A stretch of 59,062 nucleotides of DNA, taken from contig JBIJBZ010000002.1 in assembly GCA_044344945.1 (NCBI GenBank), positions 1-59,062 of the forward strand. Direction: 5' to 3'. Below the pieces are notes generated by a model, which saw only the letters and a list, made by a program, of their open reading frames with translations, was not told the DNA's origin and searched no databases. Below are positions 45,847 through 55,412 of this stretch, piece by piece. The stretch's first letter is position 1. Each line of letters opens with the position of its first letter. Position numbers and translations under genes: made by a program. This DNA comes from Bdellovibrionota bacterium (lineage in GTDB: Bacteria; Bdellovibrionota_C; UBA2361; OMII01).

Positions 45847-45919
45847 TGATAGGTGCCCGTTATTTTGAACACCTTGTCTAGTTATAGTAGGGTTCAGATA
45901 TGGGATGAAAAGGTCGTAA

Positions 45920-46120
45920 GCAAGAGATTGGTGCGAAGTAATCTCCAAAGTTCAAAGCGGTCACACGGCGAAGGAAGTAGCTGATGAATACGGCCTTAAG
46001 GTGAAGACCGTCTATAATTGGGTCGCCAGCAGAGCACAAAGCACCGGAGTGAACGTCAACGAGATCGGTCGGCTAAAGCGAGAGAATGAGCTTCTTAGGT
46101 CTATTATTGGGGCTCTTCGT
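45920..46120 (+). pseudogene. Second IS3-family OrfA remnant
   Basis: ISKVQSGHTAKEVADEYGLKVKTVYNWVASR...EIGRLKRENELLRSI (HTH plus leucine-zipper region). No OrfB/rve follows. Confidence 0.55.
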
Positions 46121-46272
46121 GGAATCGAGTGGGCACAATCGGTGTTTCCGGACGTGAACATGCTCGGGTACGGAGACGTTGCCCTGATTAGGCAAGCTGG
46201 GAGAGACAACTTCTCGCTCTGGAGGAATAACGCGGTGTTGCCGGGTGCGAGGAGTTACAAAAACTGCTCGTT

Positions 46273-46620
46273 TCAAGAGACGATCAATCGTTTGATCAGG
46301 GGGAGCTTTTTAACGATCCCCTCACGCTTGAGGTACGCTCGAATCGTTTTGCCTCCCCAATGCGGGTGCTCGTTGCGAACCTTTATAATGTCACACAGTG
46401 TCGCGTTGGGGGTCGAATCGGGATGTGCCCCCTTAGGTCTCCGCGACCGGTCGTGAAGCCCCTTGAAGCCTTGAGCCTCGTAACGCTCAATCGACTTGTA
46501 TGCTGTGGGTCGGCTAATCCCATGTACTCGGCACGCCTCCGCTACCGAGTACCCTCCTTGCTTCACTTTAAGGATGAATTGTCCCCTTTGGTCTTCCACT
46601 GCCTCTTTCCTCCATGGCAT
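46273..46620 (-). pseudogene. IS481-like transposase N-terminal fragment (no integrase core)
   Basis: GYSVAEACRVHGISRPTAYKSIERYEAQGFKGLHDRSRRPK...NEHPHWGGKTIRAYL. The ORF ends before any DDE domain. Confidence 0.6.
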
Positions 46621-46845
46621 ACACTCGCCCCCTCCCGGGTGGGAGAAAGCCCATCAAATATGTAAACCATGTAGTGTCGCAGCACTGTAAACGATGTTCC
46701 GCCGCCGTACCTGAGGAGGGTGGAAGATGAAAATAAAGGAGCGCTTTATAATGAAATCGGACAAATCTCTTACCAAACTGTCCCAAACGAGGAATCTAAC
46801 GATTTTGAGAGAGCTAAGTTTTGTGAGGTAACTTATTGATTTTCT

Positions 46846-46935
46846 TGGCGGAGAGGAAGGGATTCGAACCCCCGATACCGTTTCCGGTATACCTGATTTC
46901 GAATCAGGCGCCTTCAGCCACTCGGCCACCTCTCC
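46846..46935 (-). tRNA. tRNA-Ser (anticodon CGA), long variable arm, CCA encoded
   Basis: The reverse complement reads GGAGAGGTGGCCGAGTGGCTGAAGGCGCCTGATTCGAAATCAGGTATACCGGAAACGGTATCGGGGGTTCGAATCCCTTCCTCTCCGCCA. The cloverleaf folds by eye. Confidence 0.9.
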
Positions 46936-47124
46936 AGAGGGTGTAACTATTTGATATAGCTACGTTGCTTAATCTGCTTCTTCCGGTCAAACCTACTAAG
47001 CCGAACCGCTAAGGCCGCTCGTGGGTCGATCAAAAGCGCCTTATCAGTAGCCTAAAGAGGCGGCAATGTCCACTTCTCCAGAGTAACGAAGATTTGAGTG
47101 TTCGACCCGAGAGAGGGGGGCTTT

Positions 47125-48231
47125 CTAGGATAACTCCGGCAGCTCCTCATACCACGCAAGATCCCCGATCGGCAGCCGGGAGAATTTTCCCGGTTCAATC
47201 GTTAAGAAGCCGAGAGCATCCCGACTGAGGGTTTGATTGAGAACTGCAAAGCAGCCGTTTTGAGGCGTGGCTATCTTTTTATCTCTCTCCTCCGAGGATG
47301 GATCGATCTCAAAGCCTACCACTCCGATCTGTCCCGTAAAGGTCTCCTTCTCAGCAGGAAAGATAGCAACGCCCCATACTCCCGTAATAACGAGCGCAGG
47401 TTCCTGTTGCTGTCCGAATTGAGCAGCTTCCTCATACATCTTTGCAAATATCGCGGAGGGCAGGGGAAGGTTCTTTTGTCCCGTGCGGCGCATGGTCGCT
47501 TGGGCCACGGCGTCGTGGTGTATCAGGTGTCGACCGATCGCTTGTACCCGATTGAGTGACTCAATAAAGGCTTCCTTCGACCAATACAGATCAGCGACGT
47601 ATCCAGGGCGCGACTCCGTGCAGGCAAAAACAGCCCCGGCTTCCCCATGGCCTACGTATTCTCGTGGATGCATCTGTAGTGGATGCACGAGGCTTACCGC
47701 GTCTGGAGCAAAAAGACCCGCTCGTGACGGAATAGCAAGGACGAGGGAAGAGGGCGGCGAGGTAAGCTCAGCAAACTCCTCAAGCGTCTCGAGTATTTGG
47801 AGTCCTTGAGGCTCTGCGGTTTCACCGTAGCGACAGCAAAAGACATGCGCGGTATCTCCCGTTGGGGCATAGGAGCATCGACCTACTTCTCGAACATCAA
47901 AGTGTTGCTGCGGCCGACGGGCGAGGTACTCCTGCCCTTTGTGACGTTCAAGGTAGACGGGCTCGTGGAGAAAGAAGTCGGTTACCACGTGCTCAAGTCG
48001 TGCCCGAAATAGGTCAAAGAGTCCATCGTCATTTATCCTTCCGAGTTCAGTTGGAAGGACTCGCTCCCTTCGACTCACCAGTTCGTCGAGGGAGTGGATT
48101 CCGGCAGAGGAGAGAAAGGATCTCGGATTGCGTGGAGCTTGGTCGCTGCCGGTCTCCAGCACAGGCATTCGCATTCGATTAAATATGCTTTGATTATCGG
48201 GTGAAAATTGATCCTTAAAGCTGGTTCGCAT
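47125..48231 (-). CDS. Hypothetical protein, 368 aa
   Basis: A long ORF with ordinary composition. No motif recognised. Confidence 0.55.
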   Translation of the reverse strand: MRTSFKDQFSPDNQSIFNRMRMPVLETGSDQAPRNPRSFLSSAGIHSLDELVSRRERVLPTELGRINDDGLFDLFRARLEHVVTDFFLHEPVYLERHKGQEYLARRPQQHFDVREVGRCSYAPTGDTAHVFCCRYGETAEPQGLQILETLEEFAELTSPPSSLVLAIPSRAGLFAPDAVSLVHPLQMHPREYVGHGEAGAVFACTESRPGYVADLYWSKEAFIESLNRVQAIGRHLIHHDAVAQATMRRTGQKNLPLPSAIFAKMYEEAAQFGQQQEPALVITGVWGVAIFPAEKETFTGQIGVVGFEIDPSSEERDKKIATPQNGCFAVLNQTLSRDALGFLTIEPGKFSRLPIGDLAWYEELPELS

Positions 48232-48324
48232 CTCTACTTCCCCTCAATGACAAAGGCCACGGTATCACATCTCGTGGTTACAGCATCGATCTTTTTAGAG
48301 GGTAGGTGTCAGGCTCGGTTTCGA

Positions 48325-49035
48325 TTACTTGAGCGGTACGAGCCACGAGTAAAGCGCTCTCCACTTTTCGGTGCGGACGATGCGCGCTAAAGCTGGACGA
48401 GCAAGTTGGCTGCAAAGAGCTGCTACGGCAAATCCCACCAAGGTGTCACTAACAAAGTGTCGGTTCATCATTACTCGGCTAACCATAGTGGAGATCGCGA
48501 GCAATATGAGCGGAAGTCTCCATCTTGGAAAGTAGAGCCCCAGCGCGAGCGCTGCCGCCCAGGCAGTTTGCGTGTGTCCCGAGGGAAAAGAGTGGAATGA
48601 GCTGTTAAGCGTTAGGGGATCGGGAACATCCATTCCTAGCCGAATCGCAGCGTTCGGCCGAACTCGCCCCACGCCGACCTTAAGAATCTGCCCAACAAGT
48701 GCTGAGAGTCCGATGCACAACGTGAGGTACAGGCCAGCGTATGGAAAACCTGTCGCTCCACCAGGAATGGCACCCTTGAGTCGCAGTAGCAATCGCGGCG
48801 CAGCAAGCAGAGCGATGAGTACCATTATCCAGTATTCGACTCTGCCCGCGCGCCCAAAAAGCCAGATAAGGGTTCGATCGTTGGGATCTATGGTTCGTGC
48901 AATAAGAGCAGCAATCGGTTTGTCGACGAAGAGCAATGCGGCATACGCAAGCGCCAGAGCGAGGCCCGGAACTAGAAGCGCTGCGAACCCAGAGCGTCGT
49001 GCCGCTGGAATAGAGGAGGAGCTACTTTGATTCAC
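48325..49035 (-). CDS. PAP2-family membrane phosphatase
   Basis: KVGVGRVRP, SFPSGHT and SRVMMNRHFVSD (KxxxxxxRP / PSGH / SRxxxxxHxxxD). Confidence 0.85.
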   Translation of the reverse strand: MNQSSSSSIPAARRSGFAALLVPGLALALAYAALLFVDKPIAALIARTIDPNDRTLIWLFGRAGRVEYWIMVLIALLAAPRLLLRLKGAIPGGATGFPYAGLYLTLCIGLSALVGQILKVGVGRVRPNAAIRLGMDVPDPLTLNSSFHSFPSGHTQTAWAAALALGLYFPRWRLPLILLAISTMVSRVMMNRHFVSDTLVGFAVAALCSQLARPALARIVRTEKWRALYSWLVPLK

Positions 49036-50734
49036 ACTGGTCTGCTATTTCAATAGTTATGTTTTGCCACTTGCCCTTTGAGTAGTTAAATACCCGCTCA
49101 GAGGCAAGCGGTCTACTTAAGAGTCCGAGTCCTTTGCGTGCCGATACAAAGGCATTTTGCTCCTTTTCGGCGATAAACGCCACAGAGGGGCATTGTTCGC
49201 GGAGAAAGCGCGCTGCTCCAGCACCATCCGTTAACAGCGTGCTTGTGCCACGTAGAAAGACAAGAGAGGGCTCCTGAAATCCTGCGGACGCGAGGGGAAT
49301 AGTTTGCGCGGTGTCCCCCGAAACTTTACTGAGCAGTGCTTTGGAGGCCCAAAAGGGTCCCAGGTTCGGAAGTGTCTGCGTAAATAAGGTGGTGAAGAAT
49401 ATCACGGCGAGTATCAGCGGCGCTCCAAAGATTACTCGGAGAGATCCGATCAGGTCTCTGCGAACAAGGAGAGATATACCTCCTACAACAATAAAGATAG
49501 CTCCAAGGCAGGCAGCTATTGGTACTGTTTTACTAAAGTACAGAGGTGCGCCGATAGTGATGATGCCGAGTCCAAGGGTGAGAATACTCCAAGCAGTTAC
49601 CGAGGGGCGGAGGGCCTTTGCTTTTGGTAGCTCTCGACACGCAGCGGATACCCAAAGAGTTGTCAGTGCTGCGAGGGGTGGAAAGAGTGGAAGAGTGTAG
49701 TGAGGTAGTTTAGTTGGTGCAATCTCAAGCGCAATCCATGCGGGCACAAGCCAGCACACCCACCCATAGTAATCAGCATCTCTCCAGCGCTTATACACAT
49801 ATATACCTGTGGGCAGGATGAGGAATGACCAAGGCCAGAAGCTTACAAACGACGTCAGAGTATAGAAGCCGGGAAAACCCCGATGGGATTCGTGCACACC
49901 GAGGAGCTTCGGAAGGATATCTCCACGCACTGAATCAGAGAGGAATCCACCATGCGTCTGATTCTGTATCGCGATAAACCAAGGCGCTACGATTGCAATC
50001 AGTAGTGGCACACCCCACAGAGGACGCATCAGCCAGATCCAACTTAGTGAGCGTGTGCGGACCGCGTGCAGCGCGCCGGCCAGAAATGCAACGGCTGGAA
50101 GTACCGGACCCTTTATGAGGATACCAACCGCAAGGCCGCCCCATACGCACAGCGCTTGAGGAAAAGAGAGTTTGTTAGGTGTTCCTTGAGAACCCCACAA
50201 TGAAGCTAAGGGTGTCATCGCAAGCACCGCCCCCAACAAGAGCGCAGAGTCGGTAGTTGCTAGGTGCGCCTCTGCAACGGCGCTCACGGTCGACGCTACG
50301 ATAATCGCTGCGAGGAAGGTGCGACCACTGCCGAGCTGTTGATAGGCGAGCAGGTAGAAGAGCAGAACTGCCAACGTTGCGCAGATAACCGACGGAATTC
50401 GGAAGAATAAAATGTGGAAAGAGCGTGCACGATCGAAAGTTTGGACAGAGAGGCTCTGGAGCCAGTAGATCCCCACAGGTTTTTTATGGCGCGGGGTATT
50501 TTGAAAGCGGATGCTCGTATAGTCGCCGCTCTCCACCATCTGCTTTGATGCTTGTGCAAAGCGGGACTCGTCTCTATCAAATGGAGGAAGAGTCGTGATG
50601 CCGGGCAGATAGAGTATGGCGCACAGTACAACGAGCATAAAGAGCGCGTAGGGCCGTCCGGGCCCCTTGGGAGTCAGAACATTCGCGGCAGTGCTTTGGG
50701 ATGAGTGGGAGCTTGGCTCCACGGGAAACCTCAC
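49022..50734 (-). CDS. ArnT/PMT-like (GT39/GT83-type) membrane glycosyltransferase
   Basis: PPFDRDESRFAQASKQMVESGDY, HKKPVGIYW and >10 TM segments. Overlaps the PAP2 gene by 14 nt. Confidence 0.85.
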   Translation of the reverse strand: MRFPVEPSSHSSQSTAANVLTPKGPGRPYALFMLVVLCAILYLPGITTLPPFDRDESRFAQASKQMVESGDYTSIRFQNTPRHKKPVGIYWLQSLSVQTFDRARSFHILFFRIPSVICATLAVLLFYLLAYQQLGSGRTFLAAIIVASTVSAVAEAHLATTDSALLLGAVLAMTPLASLWGSQGTPNKLSFPQALCVWGGLAVGILIKGPVLPAVAFLAGALHAVRTRSLSWIWLMRPLWGVPLLIAIVAPWFIAIQNQTHGGFLSDSVRGDILPKLLGVHESHRGFPGFYTLTSFVSFWPWSFLILPTGIYVYKRWRDADYYGWVCWLVPAWIALEIAPTKLPHYTLPLFPPLAALTTLWVSAACRELPKAKALRPSVTAWSILTLGLGIITIGAPLYFSKTVPIAACLGAIFIVVGGISLLVRRDLIGSLRVIFGAPLILAVIFFTTLFTQTLPNLGPFWASKALLSKVSGDTAQTIPLASAGFQEPSLVFLRGTSTLLTDGAGAARFLREQCPSVAFIAEKEQNAFVSARKGLGLLSRPLASERVFNYSKGKWQNITIEIADQCESK

Positions 50735-51673
50735 AAAAAAGAGCTGAAGCCTGTGCTATCAGGGTGGCGCAGTGTGCCGGGTAGGATGTTCCTAACGCCA
50801 GCTAGTAGAACAATCCCGCATCTCTCCGGCCTGGGCAAGCCCTCCGGGCGGGGCCAATCGCCTTGATTTGCCGACGTAGAATTAGGCGTTTTAGGTGGCC
50901 GCTGCCTTAGCGGGGTGGTGAAAAAAGGTTCCGCTGTGAGCATTTTGAGAGTTTTGACGCAACAAGGCGGAGACTACGAAAAAACCGGAAGCGTATCCTC
51001 CGAGATACGTTGGGGATTTTTTCGGGGGCTCCAACGAAGTTGCAGTCAAACTATCGAAATGCGCAACAGGAAGTCTTTTTTCACCACCCTGTTAGGACTT
51101 TTTCTCGCTGCGGGGTCGTGCCTTCATTGTAGCAAGGGGACGCTTGGGTTGGGGAAGGACCCGTAGGTTTGGCACCGAGAGATCTTGTAGGAGCTCTGTC
51201 TCGTGCTGAGAGGCAGTGCGTTCGGGCTTGTTTTGAGGTGAAATATGGCGAGCTTTCATTTTTGCAAAGGGCATAGGGGGCTCCGTAAAAAGGTGTGTTG
51301 AAGATAGCCCCGAGCAACTTCTTAATCAAATGTATCAATCCGCATCGTGGATAGGGCGTTAGGTCGAGGGCTTACGTCGCCATCCCATTATAAAATTCGC
51401 AACACGGAACGGGTATGCGTCGCAGGCCCAGTACTGGAGGTGAAACCCTCCTGATTGGGGAATGTCGTGCGTCGTCAGCCATTCCTTCGGCGATTTTCAG
51501 GATATCGTGCAGCGCAGAAAGGTGTTCAGAGCGAGCATTGAAAAAGCCGGACCGGGTGCGCTGCCGCAGTCTAATGAAGATCATATCCAAACCACAGCGA
51601 TTTGAAGTAACAGACTATTGCTGCGTCGTATCCGAAGCCTCTCAGCTATAATAGCTTTTTTAGGAACGGACTC

Positions 51674-53686
51674 ATGGAGGCTCAACTCGCAGTAGGGATT
51701 GTTCTCGGGCTGCTCGTATTTCTGATACTCTACGGGGCGCTTTTATTAAAGCGACCTCTCTTAAAAGGGCGGAGGCTCGGACAGCGAGCGCAGGAGTCGT
51801 TGGGCGTACTTCAAACATTCTACGAGCACGCCCCCTCGCTGCTCGGCGTTGTTGAGATCTCAGGCTCGGATATCTATCACGTCTATGACAATCCGGCTGC
51901 TTGCCGCTTTTTCGGCGTTATTACAGGGCAGACGCGGGGCAGGCTTGAATCCGACCTTGGGGCTCCCAGGCAACAGACAGATCTCTGGTTGCGGAACCTT
52001 CAAGCGAGCCTCACTCGTCGGGCGCCGCTGCGCTTCGAATTTAGGGGTACTGACTCTCGTTGGTTTGCCGTCACCGTGTGTCCGGTGACAGAAGGAGCAG
52101 GCACAACTCAACAATTCTGTTATCTTGCAGAGGATATCTCGGAATGGAAAAACAATGCAGAGCTGGCCTCAATTGATCGACAGAGACTCCAGTTTGCTCT
52201 GACGGCGGCACACCTGGGCTTTTGGGACTGGAATGTGGTACCCGGCATGTTTCATTACGGAGGCGATTGGTCAAATTTGCTACGGCTCCCGGAGGAGCAC
52301 TTCGTGCCGACGCTCTCGCTGTGGGAGGCTTTAGTGCATCCGGATGATGGCCTCAAAGTAATGGACATCCTGCGATGCAACTTGGAGGGGAAAACGCCGG
52401 AATTCGAGGTCGAGTGTCGAATTAAAAGGGGCCTCGGAGATTTTCTGTGGGTATCGATGCGAGGTCGCGTTATCGAGAGAAACTCGCTCGGGGTAGCCGC
52501 TCGTCACGTGGGGGTTGTGGAAGATATTAATGAACGTCGGCAGGTTCGGGAGCAGTTGAAAGTTGTTGCTCGCCAAAAAGATGAGTTTCTTGCAACTCTC
52601 GCCCACGAACTACGAAATCCCCTGGCGCCTATCCGCACAGGACTTGCGATTATCAACAAGGATCCGATGTGTGAGGCCGCGCGTCAGGCCAGGGAGATGA
52701 TGGATAGGCAGCTCGCCCACTTAGTTCGACTAATCGATGATCTTCTTGATATCTCACGAATTAGCCTCGGTCGCCTGGAGCTTAAAAAATCGCAGATCAC
52801 GGCCAAGCAGATCGTTGATACTGCCGTGGAGGCAAGCGCTCCATTAATTGAATCAAATCAACACAAACTCACCGTCCTTCTGCCAGAAGAGCCTATCCTT
52901 CTTGACGGTGACCTTACGAGGCTCGCCCAGGTCGTGAGCAACCTACTCAATAACGCTGCGAAGTACTCGCCCATTGGAGGCAAGATCGATCTTAGCGTTC
53001 AAAAACTGGCAAAGTCGGTCCTCTTTAGAGTCAGCGACAACGGACTTGGAATACCTCCTGAAGAATTGGAGAGTATCTTCGAGATGTTTAGTCAGGTGAA
53101 TCAAACGCTTGAGCGAGCTCAAGGCGGATTGGGGATTGGTCTCGCCTTGGTGCGCAAGATTGTTGAGCTTCACAATGGAACAGTGTGTGCGGAGAGTGCT
53201 GGAGTCGGTCAAGGTTCTACCTTTATCGTGCAACTCCCCTGCTTGGCAGATGGCGGACACGTGATTCCTGGAGCGAATAAGAGAGAGGACCTGCCGTTTT
53301 GCCTGCCCAAAAAGATCTTGGTGGTAGATGATAACGTTGATAGCGCTGAAAGCCTCGCTGCCTTCTTAAGGATGCATGGGCACTCCACCAGAACCGCGCA
53401 CACAGGACCTGCTGCTATTGCGACCCAGACAGAGTTTGAGCCGGACATCGTGTTTCTTGATATCGGTCTCCCAGGGATGAACGGATACGAGGTCGCGCGC
53501 CGTGCGAGGAATGCTCCCCACGGAGGCGATGCCTGCCTCGTTGCGATTACCGGCTGGGGCGGAGATAAAGATAAAGAGAATGCCAAGGCGGCGGGATTTA
53601 ATGCGCACCTCACTAAGCCTGTAGATCTGGCTGCAGTCGAGGCGCTGGTGATGAGTGGTTCTGCCGAGATGGAGTTCCGGGGATAG
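51674..53686 (+). CDS. Hybrid sensor histidine kinase/response regulator (TM, PAS, PAS, HisKA, HATPase, REC)
   Basis: H-box FLATLAHELRNPL, N-box LLNNAAKY, G-boxes DNGLGI and GGLGIGLALV. Receiver domain: ILVVDDN...FLDIGLPGMNGYE...TKP. Confidence 0.9.
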   Translation: MEAQLAVGIVLGLLVFLILYGALLLKRPLLKGRRLGQRAQESLGVLQTFYEHAPSLLGVVEISGSDIYHVYDNPAACRFFGVITGQTRGRLESDLGAPRQQTDLWLRNLQASLTRRAPLRFEFRGTDSRWFAVTVCPVTEGAGTTQQFCYLAEDISEWKNNAELASIDRQRLQFALTAAHLGFWDWNVVPGMFHYGGDWSNLLRLPEEHFVPTLSLWEALVHPDDGLKVMDILRCNLEGKTPEFEVECRIKRGLGDFLWVSMRGRVIERNSLGVAARHVGVVEDINERRQVREQLKVVARQKDEFLATLAHELRNPLAPIRTGLAIINKDPMCEAARQAREMMDRQLAHLVRLIDDLLDISRISLGRLELKKSQITAKQIVDTAVEASAPLIESNQHKLTVLLPEEPILLDGDLTRLAQVVSNLLNNAAKYSPIGGKIDLSVQKLAKSVLFRVSDNGLGIPPEELESIFEMFSQVNQTLERAQGGLGIGLALVRKIVELHNGTVCAESAGVGQGSTFIVQLPCLADGGHVIPGANKREDLPFCLPKKILVVDDNVDSAESLAAFLRMHGHSTRTAHTGPAAIATQTEFEPDIVFLDIGLPGMNGYEVARRARNAPHGGDACLVAITGWGGDKDKENAKAAGFNAHLTKPVDLAAVEALVMSGSAEMEFRG

Positions 53687-53691
53687 GGACT

Positions 53692-54240
53692 CTAGCTTTG
53701 GCCGACTCTCACAAACTCAAGGTGCACTTTCTGGCCTGCTACATACGCGAGAGATGACGGAACGGTGTCGATGTGTACAGCTTCCTCGTCAAACAGAATG
53801 AATTGCTGCTTGTCGTTGTAGTAGTACAACTGGTTACGGTCTGACGCGTACGCCATCACGATAACCCATCCGTTATTGACAACACGAGCAAGCTCCGGCT
53901 CTCGAGCAAAGAGCGCCAGAACTTTCTCTGGCTCCTGCTCCAGCACCACGAGCAGGCGTACTGGTTCGTGAATTTCAACCATTTGAGCCGGAAGTCCCGT
54001 GCGAAGGTCGCTGCAGTATCCGGTCATGATTCCCAATAGAGATGTTACGTTATGCGGTAACTTCGTTCCGGCACCGTACTTCTGGTTGTCCAGTGCCGAA
54101 AAGAAGTACTCAAGGTTAATACCCATACATACTGGAATAACGGCACGCAGAAGATTTTGAAGTGTCGCACATTCTGGATCGAGCGTTGGGTCGTATGACA
54201 CAAGAAACGCGCGTCGATTTAGCAAGAGACCCTGGCGGTA
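53692..54240 (-). pseudogene. dabA: C-terminal remnant (~180 aa) of a DUF2309/DabA-type protein
   Basis: MGINLEYFFSALDNQKYGAGTKLPHNV...DLRTGLPAQMVEIHEPVRLLVVLEQ matches the family C-terminus. Full-length members are ~800-1000 aa, and the N-terminal 48 aa of the track ORF look like read-through. Confidence 0.6.
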
Positions 54241-54243
54241 GTT

Positions 54244-55023
54244 GTGGGGCTCTTTCCCTTTCACGGATGGGTGGTCAGTTTTCTGGGAACGCCTCGCAGT
54301 ACGATCTTTCTCCCAATAATTACGATCGAAACTGGACTGTTGTTCTTTTTTCGGGTGTACGCGCCGATTGTAAGCGAGCACTTTAGTGGTTCGATGCTAC
54401 TGCTTATACTGCCGGTTGCGGGTCTCCTGTACGCTGCGGTGCTTTTCTTCGGCGAGCGACGTCTGAAACGGATTCCTGGGTATCTTTACCTGAGCCATGT
54501 CAGTCTGATGGCGCTCTCCGCTGATGATTTTGGTCCGCTCGGTATAACAACGTCGCTCTTAAACGGCGTCAATGTGCTGATAGCAATCCTGGGATTATTG
54601 GGAGTTTGTGCGCTTTTAACTGCGCGGTTCGGTGTGCGAGGAGTCATGACTCCGTCAGGGTTAGGAAGTCGTTTTCCGGAACTTGCGGTCTGCTACCTTG
54701 TGTGCGTCCTTTCGCTCGTTGGATTTCCTGGCACACTTGGCTTTATTCAAGAGGAGATCATGCTTGGCGAGGGGCTTGAGCACCACGCACTTTTGATAGG
54801 AGTAATTGCAGGTGCTCTTACTCTGAATGGATTTTCGGGTTTTCGCCTATTTGCTCGGATATTCTACGGGCAGCCATTCGAGGGGCGCGATATCGAGATC
54901 GGACTCTCGCTTCGTGCGCATGGGTTCTACTCCTGATCCTTGCCTTGATTATAGCGAATGGAATCGCTCCCTCCTTCCTCGTGAACACCCTTACAAGTCT
55001 TGGCCGGCAGATGCCAACGATGT
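54244..55023 (+). pseudogene. dabB: C-terminal half of a NuoL/M/N-like proton-conducting subunit (DabB-type), with a frameshift near 54915
   Basis: Begins at the mid-protein PFHGW motif. After GLSLRA the hydrophobic continuation AWVLLLILALIIANGIAPSFL lies in another frame. Confidence 0.55.
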
Positions 55024-55219
55024 AGTGATAAGTCGCACGAACTCGGCCTCGCGTGCTGAAGTGTCGCGGGTGTATGCCGGATCTCACTTCCTGCACAGCT
55101 GATGTTACAAAGGTTTTACAAAACTACGACTGCCCCGTGACAAACGGATCTATTAATCGTGGCATAACTCAGGCATACACTGTGACGACACATAACAACG
55201 AGTATAGTTGGAGTTAATT

Positions 55220-55375
55220 ATGAATACAGAGCTTTTCACAGAGGACGTTACTAACGTTTCTATGCCCCGTAATCGCACGTTACAGACCCTGCTGCAGGTA
55301 ATCTGCGCGGAGGAGGAGTTTTCAATTCTTCAGGAAACGTTGCGGCTGTACTGTGAGGAGATTTACAAGGACTAA
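55220..55375 (+). CDS. Hypothetical 51-aa protein
   Basis: ATG preceded by ggag. MNTELFTEDVTNVSMPRNRTLQTLLQVICAEEEFSILQETLRLYCEEIYKD. Confidence 0.25.
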   Translation: MNTELFTEDVTNVSMPRNRTLQTLLQVICAEEEFSILQETLRLYCEEIYKD

Positions 55376-55412
55376 ACCCGTCTCCCGATAGGGCGGAGTT
55401 AGTCTCAAATCG

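Noticed and set aside
44261-46120. Idea that the two IS3 OrfA fragments are halves of one gene split by insertion of the SGNH hydrolase
   Set aside because: Both fragments cover the same HTH region of OrfA rather than complementary parts, so they derive from two separate elements.
51059-51166. 35-aa ORF with a lipoprotein-like signal peptide (MRNRKSFFTTLLGLFLAAGSC) and only ~14 mature residues
   Set aside because: It is too short to support without expression data. The lipobox is imperfect, and it may be a remnant of a decayed gene in the 50.7-51.7 kb spacer.
51647-51652. TATAAT hexamer 21 nt upstream of the histidine kinase start as a promoter
   Set aside because: There is no acceptable -35 element at 16-18 nt spacing. 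A single hexamer match is not enough evidence.
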